NCBI GenBank assembly: GCA_000934665.2
Contig: JYFJ02001337.1
Location: 1 to 64,000 of the forward strand
Origin: Catajapyx aquilonaris
Taxonomy: Eukaryota
Reading direction: 5' to 3'
DNA: 64,000 nucleotides
Shown: in pieces, positions 46,564-59,800 of the stretch
How positions within the stretch are numbered: position 1 is the stretch's first letter
How the letters are laid out: the number at the start of each line of letters is the position of its first letter
Notes under the pieces: generated by a model
Seen by the model: only the letters and a program-made list of their open reading frames with translations
Told to the model about the DNA's origin: nothing
The model's database searches: none
Translations under genes and position numbers: made by a program

Positions 46564-49500
46564 GAGGTTTGAAGGAACCTTATTCTTGACAATATGACGA
46601 CTGAATGGTTGAGTTGTCAGTATAGCTTCGTTGCTTGGGAAATATTAATTTTCTGTTCTGCCTACCAGCGGCTAAGTTGTACTCCTGCAATTAGCACGAA
46701 CACTACGCTAATGTCCCGCGACGACTGAATATAGCTATGCCTAGAGTCACTGTGTAATGAACTGGAACTGCCGAAAAATGAGTTTTTGACAGTTACGAAG
46801 CAAGGAATTCTGCACATTTCACAGTACAAAATACTATTCTAAGTGAGCATGGCTAAGTCATTTGTAGAAACTTTTTAAGCCATCCAGAGTGACTTATGCG
46901 GTATGGTATTGATGTACTGTACACCCTGGGAATGCCGTTCTTATGCCACGGTGCAGTGCAGGACAGCATATAAAAAGTTGTCTGCAATATTGTCACAGGC
47001 ATCAGTAAGAGGTGGGGTTTTTGCTCAACGGTAAGTTATGAACAAGCATATCTTTCTTATTCATTGTTTTGATTATTGTTATAAACTATTATTTTATGGC
47101 AAGCATCAACCACTAACTTGCTTTACATTTATACTCTCAATCGCAAAGCCTTCGTTTCTTTCTTTTGCGTTTTTTTTTTCTTGCAAAAAATGCGCTCTTT
47201 AATGACGCCAGCTTGCAGTAAATGAACGTTCAACAGATAGTATATTGTGTGCAGATGTTTTTAAAATTCTCCAGCCGATCATTATTGCAAAAACAACTTC
47301 CGTCACTTTATGGTAAGCTCTGATGGACTTGTACGATATATATCACTTAGTATAAGTATATATATCGTATATTAAGGTCATGATGACATGATCATGATAC
47401 GAAGAAACGTTGCAGGTCATACAGTCGTGGAATTTATCCACATTGTTTCTAATCACTTCATCGGTAGAATCCAAAATCGGGAATTAGAAATCCAATGATG
47501 GAATGCTTATGGCATGCCCAATAAATCGATGCCTAATGGAACAGTCTCCCGTAAATGCGCCATAGCCGGAAGACTTTCTTGACTTCCCTGCTGCGTATGC
47601 ACTGAACAGGATGAAGCAACAGGTATACTGACAGCACGTTAATGAAAGTACTAGAAGAAGTAATAGTGTATTTGAATTTCAATGAAATGCCGGACTGGCT
47701 ATTGCAATGACAATCATTTTATGACGATGAAAAACACGAATCAGTTGGAACACAGCCACAACTTCTAGAATGTAAACTTAATTTCAGAGCTTTCCTTTAT
47801 TTTCAAAAAAGTTTGGCAAATCCGCGAGTGTGATTCCAGTATACTTTTTCTCATTGGGCAGTGGGAAATATGAGACTGATAGCTTTGTTGAATACGATAC
47901 GATACGACACGATGCAATTCTAACTGGACAACAATGCCATATGGAGATACGGATGCATATGCAGCATGTCAATTAGTTAATTGCTAAAGTGGATGTTGTT
48001 TTTATATTCATAAATACGTACCGTATTGTGTAAGTTGAACGTAGTCGCCGGTCCTACTGGCTGCTTAAATTGTGACGTGAGTGTGAGTGGGTAATGTTTA
48101 CACGACTGAAATATTGTAACTCTCCCCAGCAGGTCAATTTCATAAGTTCAGAGAAAATGTAGCAACTTTGACGTGGTCGTTTTGATAGTGACTTTAAAAA
48201 CGTCAGCAACAGTTCACGTACAGCGACCATAATGTGAGCTAAGTTGTCACAACATTTTCCCTCAGCAGGGATCCAGTAGAGTGGCCTGGAAATATTTGAT
48301 GCTTATTTTGACTGACCACTGATAAAAGGCTTGCCTATTCCAACAACATTCATAGAGGATCAAGGGGAGATCAAAGCTGGTTTTGGAACAGAAATCACAG
48401 TCAATTTAAGCTAAACTAATGCTATCCTGACTGAAAATTTTGAGGAGAACTGTGAACGGATAGCATATCATTTTCAACCACCTAATTATCCTAAGTATGT
48501 ATTTTCGTAGGTTAACTGATATATAACTCGTACTTCAATAAGAATTGTAAATCAAGTGACTGTTAGAATTAAAAGCGATTCTCAAAACTGCGAAGCGTCA
48601 GTTTTAACACATTTATCCATAAAAATTGTATTTTATGCACATTTAACTTACCTCTCACTCACTTGCTTGCTCGATGGCAAATTCAGAATGGTTTAGCAGT
48701 GTTATTCACACAGAATTAATGACATGTCCGACATCCCTAACTTTTCAAGAAAGGTTACAAAGGCTCGAAGCACCGAAGATTTATTTTAAAGCAGATTACT
48801 GTCGAATTAATGGCGTCATACGCCATCGCATTTGAATATCGAAATTCTTGCCGTCAGCATTTACATGATAAAGGGAAATTAATATTCAAAAGTGTTTTAA
48901 ATTGCACATCGAATCGGAATTGCAAAACGTCCCATCCGTTAACAACCAGTGCGCACTGTATTTGAGAAAGAATTTAAAACTAAATGAGTGGTGCATAATT
49001 TCAACATGCAGTGCATCAGTGTCATATGTTGAACTGATGGTTTGGAAGTACAGTAGGCTACATTTGGTTGATTTCAACTAGGAAGTGACGCATAAAGTAC
49101 TGAAAATTATGAAAATATGCGAATTGCACGTACGATCATTATACCAAGGTCATCTTCTATGTTACAAAATGTATGCATAGTGTGGGTCAGACACGGATGA
49201 GTGCCTACCCAACCTAAAATAACTGCTGAAAATGACCGATCCTGGAATGCAATAATAACATGCAGTATAAGCAACGCAAAATTGACTGACAGAATCAAAT
49301 TCCCGCGAATAGGGCCTATACAAATAAGATAGCCCGAAAAAAAAAAAATTCCAAACCATGTTGCACTACAATAGTTCCTAGTATCTGACTGCACAATGTA
49401 GCATTATTTCACATACAGTGCACCCCGAAGCAGTATAATTATGCAAGTGCATGAATTACACGTTTAATGATGAGTGTGGATTCAGAATGTGCATCCATGC

Positions 49501-50837
49501 GTTGATGGATGTGAGGGAATATACAGTACATCCCGGGGGCAGATGTGCCCCGAGGCTGGCATCCGGATGGACGTACACACACTTGTCACACTCAGTACCA
49601 GAATTGGACTTGAAGGTGGAGGTAGATGGTTGGGGGAGGTGGGTAGGGGATGTGCAATGCTATATAGAGGTTGTGGTTGGTTGGGTGGGTGGGGAGGAGG
49701 GGAGAGGTTCGGTGGAGCATGCAGGACATGCGCGCACCTGTAGAATGGAGCTAGGGGGGTAGGGCAGACTCGCAGACATAGATAGAGAGCAATCTAGTTG
49801 CATAGATAGGTGGCAGTAAGACCCCTCCTTAGTGGCCATCCAGTGTCTATATGTTTGGAGAGGAGCTGTGAATTAAGACGTGATCTGCCAAGAGGAGGAG
49901 CCAAGGAGCATCCACTGCTGCTGCCTTCATCCATCAGTACGTGGCTGTGATAGACGTGAGTTGGCCATACAATATACACGTGGTTCAAGTCTGACACCAA
50001 AGTCGCTACCTTTTTGATACAAAATATGCTTGATGCCAACTGACGGGAGTCGGCCCAGTTCAGAGTAAAGATCTTGTGGAATGGGGGCTGACGACGCGTC
50101 ATATCCGCCATGCCTCGGTTCTTCCAATGTGACTGCTCGATTGAGCGGAATAGCACAGGAAGAAGCAGAATAAAAAGAAAGAAAGGGTAGATGTTCGAGG
50201 CGGAGACACCCCCTCCCAGCAGCAGGCTTGTTATTCTTCAAATGACCTTCAATCGATCAATCCGTGCTTGACTGACGGATTTTCCAGAGAATGACACTCG
50301 GTATGCTTTTAGGTTGATTCGTGTAATTTTGATAATTGCATGGTCAGATAGTTTAAATGCGAACATGTGGGGAGATGAACAGAATGGGACGGGCGTGTCT
50401 GCGTGAATGGAGTGGAACCATATACGTTCCATATGTGCTTCTCTTGGTGTGTTGAGAGTTTGTCCGGTCCATCTACCAATTCATTCATCCACCTGTGGAT
50501 TGCTGGCTGGATGCCAGGTGGGGAAAGGCTATAGGAGGAAAGGGTTATTGGGAGCGCCTTTGAGAACATCTGCATTTATGTGCTCTCTCTGGTTCGGCTC
50601 GGGCACAAATATAATTAGCGTTTTGTGATTGTCGCTAAACCATTATTAGCGCTGGGTGTTTGCAAATTGCGGGTACGTTGGAAATGTAGTTATTACACAC
50701 TGTAATCTAATACCGTGGCGCTGGAGTAAGGCTGGCAGGAACATTTGCACAGCCAGCATTGTTATTATTCGAGTGTTTCTGTTACAACAATAGTGCAGTA
50801 TGTTGTGACTGCAGCTACTGTAGTGGTTCCTGGCATA

Positions 50838-53800
50838 ATGAGTAAGTTATTGCACAATTACGCATTGCCTGCAGGCATAATTATTATTCCCACTTTCATT
50901 ATCCTTCACTGGAATCAACAAGGTGGTGCAGTACAGCAAGTAACCCTCGAGCCTATTTTTAACAAGAGAGTAAGCTCCAGGCACAAAAGTGTTTAGCGTA
51001 TGACTTACTACTTAGGATGTCTAAATTTATGGAATCTAAAATTGTACATAAAATTACATGAAAAATATTGATCAGTTTTGAGCCATTTATCTTTAGCCGA
51101 GCTTTCATCCTGACAAAGTTTTTCTCTGAACAAGAAAGACCCTTACTTTGCCATGATGTGATAAACACCAGTCAAAGCTGCAATTAAAAATGCCTCATCA
51201 AAAATGAAGAGCATGAGGAATAATACGATGCTTTTGACTTTGTATAAGCCTCTACAAAGTCCTTCACATACATACACGAGCCAACCAGTATCCAAGAGTT
51301 AGGAGATTACTTTTTGCCCTACTTCTCTGAAGTGCGGCACACAAAAACTGAGGTATTTAAAATGCGGCTCACGAAAAAACTACTCCGCGCAGTTCCAGGT
51401 GGACACATTTCAGCCCCGTGGGTATCAGCTTTAGCATAATGCTGCGTCTACTCGAGGGTGTAACCAGGTGTAACTTTCCACCCGGGAAAAAGAGGCCAGC
51501 ACCCTCGAAAATGAACCAAATAAAATCTCATCAAGAATAGTTTATCCTGCATGTTTAAGGCAGGATCTACTTTTGTGCACTATAGGGAAGGGTAACTTCG
51601 AGGATATAAGTAAATTCCGTTCGTTTGTGTCCAACCTCTCGAAGTCTGTGCTGTGGGATGTATATTGGAAACTACGGGCCCTCAATCGGCCTCGAAATTG
51701 GAGAGTAGAGGGAGTCCGGTTTCGCTCTCTGGTGGGCCACTTGTTTAATTATTTTGTTGACTAGCCCTTCCTGAAGCCCTTTCACGCCGACATGCCCATT
51801 ATACGTCCTCTGATGTGGAGAACTACCACTCTCAACTGTACAGTACAGTACGTCCAACTTCGGAACTACAGCAAGATACACTCACTTGATCAGAGCTTCA
51901 TGTAGTTTTCCTACATTCCTGAATATATTGAAAGCATTCCCCATCCGGTTGGTCATATAAAGGAGCACTAGCCAATATGCAATTTGCCAGAAACAGGAAC
52001 GACATACTTCACTATACAGGGTCGATCTAGCCCAAAAGAATGCTAAAATAAGTGGCACTGGATGATCTGAAATATACGTAGACTCCAATTGTTGGTTTCA
52101 TTTTGAGCAGAAGCTGGTTGTGAAGCGAAGTCAGCAGCATCCAAGCTGCTGGGGCTACTGTGCAAGACGTGCTGCGGCCCAGGCCGGCAGCACCAAGAGC
52201 AGACCAAGTCGAAGGATGGGAGCGTGTCTGAAGCTGAGAGCAGGAACTCTGATGATGAGGTGGTGGAGCAGCTACAGGAGGAAGAGAACAGCCGTAGCCT
52301 CGTCCTCCTCAGACAGGCCACCAACACCAGCGACGCCTCCAGCACCAGCACCATTCTCGAAGGAAGCACCTCATCGGAGCCGCCCACCACCAGCAAGCAC
52401 CAACAGCCTCCAGCCAAAAACTGCTACCGACTGGTTCTACTCGGATCATCCAGAGTCGGAAAGACAGCCTTGGTATCCAGGTACAGTACAGTACTCGCTG
52501 TTCATCCTGCAAGTTGGGCTTTCCTTCGAACAAGAGAGGCTCAAGGGTGGCTCTGCCATGCTAGGATAAACTTCAGTCAGTGGTCAAAAAAGCTGCAGGT
52601 CAGTTTTCCGCCAGAATTCTCGTTAGACTCATTATTATGATTAGTAATTCACCCTATATCATTCAAGTTACGAAACACCCTGTCCATATAAATATGATCT
52701 TATTTCTTTTAGTTGCATGAGTGATTTGACCAAAAGAGTCTCTATAAATATCTCTGAGTTAACCGTATAGGGGTAACAGGGTGGAACTCCCATCTCATCA
52801 CTCTCCAAGCCACCCCCATGGGATTGCCTCTTTTCTGCATGGCTGCTGAATAAATCTGGCAGGACCGCATTAATTTCTCCTGTGACGACGAAATGATGAG
52901 GCGGAAATTGCGGTGTGTGGATGGGTACAAAAGTAACCCAACTATTTTACGGCGGTCGTAAGAAAACTGGTGCCTAGCTGGTTGGAGCGGAAGTGCCTTG
53001 AGAGATAGGGAAATTCTATATGAGAAAAGCGGAAGACTAATCACTTTGCTGCATCATCATGCAGTGCAGCCTTCGGCTTCAGGCACGCCGTCTCCTTGGA
53101 ATTTCTAGTGTGTGTGTTTTGTAGAGGGGGGCATGTGAAGGGCGAGAAAGCAGAGAAAAAAAGGTTTCGTCTTTTTGTAGGTTCTTGCACAACCGATTTT
53201 CTGAGGCGTACACACCCACTATCGAAGACTTCCATCGTAAGCTGTACAAAATCCGTGGGGACCTGTATCAGCTGGACATCCTGGACACATCGGGGAACCA
53301 TCCGTTTCCAGCCATGCGACGACTATCATTTCTCACAGGTGAGTAACGACAAGCGCATGAATTAATTTATGGGGGAGAGATGATCATGTTAGTACCGTAT
53401 ATGATTTTGTTCATTACTGGACCCCGTTTTGTTTAGTATAACATTAATTCTACCTTTTTGGTGAGATATTACCAAGAGAAGAAAAAATTCCTTGGGCCTA
53501 CTCTTAGAAGAGACCCCCTCCGGCCATCTGATTAATTTGAATAACAATGGAAGAATACCGGTATTATTTTTATATGGCTAGCAGCCTCACTTTATCCCTA
53601 TTTATACCCATTGTACAGTAATGTACTCTACATTTAGTTTTATGAAGGTGGGGGCTCAACGTATTCTTTGTAATATTACTTTCACATCGTGCTATTATCG
53701 CCTGCTAAATGCCTGGAGACAAAAGAGGATGAAATACCTCGCGAACCAAAAGCAAAATGTAATGGTGCTCCAATTACGAAATGGCTTTTGATGTACAGTG

Positions 53801-56800
53801 TTGAAACATATAGGCGGTTTCAAATATTTTCCGCTCATATCGTATGTAGCAGGCCTACGCTGGAGTGTCCAAATGTGCATGAAAAGACAGTTTACATTAT
53901 TTATCTGCACGGATAGTTTTTGATTATTTATCGATGTGTATCCAAGTTAATGGATGTAACATATTATGCAGTACATCGTTAATGGAAGTACATGCGTGGC
54001 CAGCACAAGTCCGTGCTTCACAGTTCACTACTACATATTAAACAAGGTTAAATATTTGTAGGCCTACAACAGCATCCGTAAAAGGGCCGAAAAGCATTTC
54101 ACCAGCATATTAATGTTTGACCAATTCCCAACATCAATTTTTGCCATCTTTCCCCCGACCATATCATTTGCAGTAAATACGAGTATCCTAAAAGCCACTC
54201 AGCCTCCACACTTGTTGATATACTCTCGCTCCAAGAGTGTACAATGTACTGAAAAGTACCACAAACCGCACACTTAACCCCACCGCACTAGAGACAACAC
54301 AGCAAATACCTTCTCCCTCAAATATTCCTCCTTCATCATGAGGTACCCCACCAAGTAATGTGATAAAACCGCCATAATGTCGACTAGCAGCATCCCGAGC
54401 CCGACCCAATAAACACTGGCGCATAACGCCAGATTAATCCTTACCCGGGATCGGTATCGATAAGTGACAGCTGATACGCCGCTGAACTGCTCCAATTCGC
54501 TAACACCCCCCCNCCCCCCCCCCTTCAATCCAGCGGCCTACCCACCTGCCTCCCCACAAAGCCACCAATCCATCCAACCACCTATTCACAAGCATTGTCC
54601 GGGTAATCGCACAATCCGCCGCTCTAATTATGGTATCTATTTTGACCCACAACCTGTAGAGCCACATAAAATTTTGCATATGTGCAAACTGTTTTTTAAA
54701 AAAAACTACAGGCTTATTTTAATTAAAGTGCTGGTTCTTTCCATCCAATTTTTTGCATGTTCTGGTCTCTCTGGGGGGAAGTCGATTTGCAGGCAGACCA
54801 CTGTGCTGTACGTGCGTAATTACGCTTGCTGCTGCTTCCGCCGCTTTCATCAATCGTCATACGGCACTTATGGACTCCCAGAATTTGCCAATAGCAAAAA
54901 GGGACCAAATGAGACTCGGGTGGGATGGGTAAAAATTTTTTTGGGGGGGGAGTGCCTGTAATTTCCGTCGACCTTGTGGGATGCACATACTTACACACAC
55001 ATTTCTGGTTGATCATACTCGTACTCTGCATAATATGTGTACGGTAGGTGGTGTGTAAATTCTATCCCGTGGAGAGATGAGGAAAGGCTTCGGATCGATA
55101 GGCAGCCAGTGCAGCAGGCTGCTGGGGGAAGGGGGGGGGGTGATGAGGGGGGTAGGGAGGTAAAGGGGGTATAGAGAGGGGTAGGGGAGAGAGCGTAGTT
55201 GGATGGAGTCATATTGGATCAGACGCGGCCCATTTGACGCCCCAGCTTTATTTCTATTTATATGCCTAGGGATTAATGGATGGCAGCAGAGCAGAGAGAT
55301 AGAGAGAGATAGACTGAGTGCAAGCCCGCGGGAGCCAAGCAGGGATGACCTATATTCTAACAGGGTGGCGATCAACCATGTGATGCTGCAGGCTAGCTGG
55401 AGCACACATGGCCCAAGTGTAATATATGCACATCAGTCAGGAAAATGGCATAATTATAATACTACGCGGTGATAAGTATAGCTTCAGTACAACTGATTTT
55501 GAATTTGGACTGACTTGGCAGTGTTCTCATTAATTGCAAGTCGCCAAACAATGGCAGCAAGGGTGACGGCAGCTCTAATATTAAAAAAGTGGAGTATAGA
55601 GCCATGGCTGCCTGATTAACCCTGCACGCAAGGGTAAGCTTAAATATTCATCGATCATATTATTATGGGACGCGACTGAGTCGGATCAGCTGTGAACTAG
55701 ACCCTGCGGACAGTGGTGTGTACATCTGATAGACACACACACACACACACACATACAGAGGTACCGACTGACCGAGTGACAGACCATGCATGCTCATGAG
55801 GATAGCAGCTGCAGGCGAGGAATATTTGATAAAAAGGAGAAGGTGCGGGACACACTGATTGGTTCTGCGCCATCAGGGTATGCACCATCGATTTTGACTT
55901 TTTCTCTCTCCGCCAAAATCAAGCTTTCTCTTCAAGTGAGATAATGTACAGAGCACGGCAGACTGGGCTCATACGCAATCTCATCTCTGGCTTCATTATA
56001 TTTGAGCCTTCCCTGCAGAACCTCCTTGATTACCTCCTTCCTTCCCATCCTAATATGAAATGATATATCAACCACGCCATATATGCTGCTTATAGGTCAG
56101 GAGATAGGTTCTGCAATTCCAGGGAGTTTGTTCATTACTATAGAGAGGCTTCTAAGCTCGCAACCATTTACAAGAGGGCAGGCTGGTCCGACATGAATAT
56201 GCATGTTACTACACGGCTTGCCACCGGCTCAACAAGTAATGCACTAGATATTCAATTGAACGCAACAGGTTGCAGTACATTCATTGCCTAGCTATTCTGG
56301 CTCATTATCGTTGCTTCCTGTTTTACATATGAACATAACGAGGTTATTACTGGCAATTAGTTTGCTCACCCGGACAAGGTTTCATACTTTATCGGACTAT
56401 GACTGCAATATTATTTCAAGTATGGTGTAATATTATAGTGTTACTGACAAATTTCATGTTTATTTATTATTGCCTGATGTTGTAATCAGCCTTGTGCCTG
56501 TTATGCCTTGCTACATGCTCTGTCCTCGTAATTGGACATGATACTACGTTGAAACGAATCAAAACAGCATTGCCTGCGGCGGAATAATGCTACCCAAAGC
56601 GGGTTAACGATTTGTCGCAGGTCTCGTTACTCTGAGGACAGCCGATTTAGGGCGGAAGTGTGCAACACTAGACGCTATTGTCCTTGCAAAGGGCTATATA
56701 GCGGGAGCCCGCTACTCTATATAGCCTTCCAGTTGTGTATATTTAGCATAGCATCAAGTTCGTCCTGAAATAGCCCTGAAGTCGTGATGCCATGAAAATA

Positions 56801-59800
56801 CTGTGGTATGCAAGATATGAGGAATGGAACAACTTCCCTTGCGGCACTCTAGACTGATGATAATATTCCGTCGTTTCCACGACAAAGAGTCAGTGTCGTG
56901 ACTCGGATCAATGTGGAAAGATAAATTACATGTAGATTTTAGTACGTGAGATGGACGTACACACACATCAGTTTAATTGCCAGGTTCAAAGTTGTATGCC
57001 TCAGCTGCACTGAATGGTTAACCTGCCCCTTTTCAATGCATATTTAGCCTTGCAAATTATCTGACACTTTTACTTTGTGTGAGCCGACAAGAGTGCGCCT
57101 TTAGTCATGGAGTCCCTTGAGAAGCGAATCCGACCCCCCGCACCCTCCAACGCCCTCCTTCCGCTTCCTCTCCCCATTTTGCTTTATTTCCGAGTCGGGC
57201 ATTGTAAGGTGTTATGAATGGTATTGAGGTCGCAAGCAAATAGGTTGAGAAACCCCTGCTGCACTTAATATGCGTCATTTTGTAACGGGAGACGCCCTAA
57301 CACTATCAGGCACAGTATCGTATTCTGCCCAACTGTGGAGAAGAATAGAAGGAAATGTGTGAAACCTACATTGAAACAATGCAGCATAAAGTGGAGTTGA
57401 CTGCAGTGGATTGCAATGAGAACAATGCAGAGATATGCGACAATTTCAAAGGACTTGATTTTTTTGTTGTTGGAAGTAAGGTATGAAAGCCATAAAGTGA
57501 AGGTGGACAAATACATTTCAGGTGACTTGTTCCTGCTGGTGTACAGCGTGGACAGCAGAGAGTCTTTTGAAGAGGCGTTGCGGCTCAGGGACCAGATCAT
57601 TGAGACTAAGTTGAGCGTTACGACTGGAGGAGGCAGCGGTGGAGGAGGTTCGTCGTCTGGCGGTGGAGGTGGAAGCGGAACGGGCTCCGGGGGCGGCCAC
57701 GGGGCAGTCCTGCTCAGGAGAAAGACGGGATTGCAGTCGGCCGCAGCCAAAGTCCCCATTGTCATCGTGGGAAACAAGTGCGACAAGGACATGAGGTACT
57801 GCATTGTGACGTATGCGCTGCTGTTGTTGCTAGAGATTTACAGTAACGTAATTTGATACAATTTGGTTGATTTTCATTAACACGCGGTTTACTTTTAATC
57901 ATTGCATGTTAATTTTACTTGTACATATTAATGGCATTATTAATTTATTATTGTCATTCATCATTTGATGCAAGTGAATCTCAAAGTAGAATATTGGAAG
58001 AAGGTGCTGGGAAGCTTTTGTTCGGGGGGTATTCCAAAGATAACATTTTCAACTGCAAAATATAACTGCGCCCCTTATTTTTAATATGCATGTGATGTAC
58101 GCCAGATAAAACCAAGGGTAAAACATACTATTCCACAAAAATGCTACTGTATGGACTGATTTTGCACCATATTGAAGTAAGGTGCTTATTTTTGATCTTC
58201 CCATTTTCCTCTCTTTCTCACCAGCAAAAAAATATCAGTAACGTCCTTGATCTGATAATATAGCGGAAACTTATCCGTTACGGAAAAACTTTAGGGTCCC
58301 GTGCGGAGGAATGAGGTCGTTGAGGTGTGTGAAATATGTCAGTGACAGGTGTTTATACAGTAAGGCAAAGTTTGTTTGTTTGTTTGTTTGTTTGTTTGTC
58401 TGCCCATGGCAACAGGTTGGTGATAATCATGGAAACAGTCCGTGCGAAGAACAGGCTCCGCTGCTAGTAATCAATATTCTATAATCAACAAAGAAACAAT
58501 AGAATATCGGGCAGGTTGTACCGAGGACTGACCGTCCTAAAACAGTCTCCGCAATGAACTTTTACTCATGTCGGCTCATGGTAAGAAATAGTCAGATGAA
58601 ACATTTGTATTTCTTTAGGCAACTTCTTAACCAATATTGGGTCGATATCTACGCCAAAATTGAAACTGAATGCCTCTCTTTCATTCGATTTTCGTTCTCC
58701 AGAGAATGGAGGGTTGTCAGTTGAGATTAAGTCCAGGACAAGACTTCTCAATGTTGACAACAGTTGGGTAGTGCCCTACTGTCAGCTCCTGCCCAGAACA
58801 TTCAATGCCCACATTAACGTGGAATTTTGCAGCTCGGTAAAATCCATAAAGTACGCATCCAAATACATAAACAAAGAGAGCGACCAGGCGACCTTCGCCG
58901 TCACTGAACAGTGAACAGAGTGAAGTCCAAGAAACTGTCGCCATGGGGAAACATGATGATGACATGAGGTGCAACGTTATCAAACAGGAAGATACATTAG
59001 TACGTATCTGAGTTTGTGTGGAGAATCCTCTATTTCCCAATTCATGATAACGTGAACGGTCGCCTACCGCTAATTGCTAATTTCATAAACATAAAAATAC
59101 TGGCTGGTGCACACTTATTCAGTATTTTAGGCCACCAGATGCCATACTCATGTGACACATGTTCAAAACCATCTCTCCCATGAACCCGCAGCATTGCGGA
59201 CAAAATATTATGTCTGACTTAACTCAGTGAATATGCATATTTTATTAACTTCTTTCATTTACTCACTAACTTTATCAATTTCCGTGCGAGAACGGGCACC
59301 CTGCTAAAGGCAAAGTTTGTTGGTTTGTTTGTCCAGCATGTTTGATTTTTCCATGGCGACGGCAGCAAAAAGCAAACCATGGAAACGGGCCGTGAGAAGA
59401 ACGGACTCCGCTGCAGGTTATTATTAAAACATTGCATCAGAAACTGTTATTGCGCCATACGTTCTTGTTAATAAAATAACATTTCAGTTTCTAGAGTTTT
59501 AAGGCGCATTTTTGATTCTCTGACCAAAATGAAGAAGCAGGCCCCCGGGGAGATTTGCTAGACGGGTATTGCATTTTGATGGCGGAAACCGTTCTTGTCC
59601 GCGGGGTAGCCAAGCAGTCAACGTAAAATCTGCCTTGTTTTTTTTTGTGCCCCTGATGTTTTGACTTATGTCATTTTCCCCCCACCGTAGGGAACTGCAA
59701 AGCACTTCAGGCATAAAGACAAAACCTTTTACTGAATCAAATATTTTACACCCACCACCCGCCATCATGACAGCTGTCGGAATAGAATTCACCATGGCAT

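Noticed and set aside
47410..48480. Exon-like plus-strand segments with splice signals
   Set aside because: The segment I translated has stops in all frames, nothing resembles a known protein, and the splice chain is not coherent enough to call.
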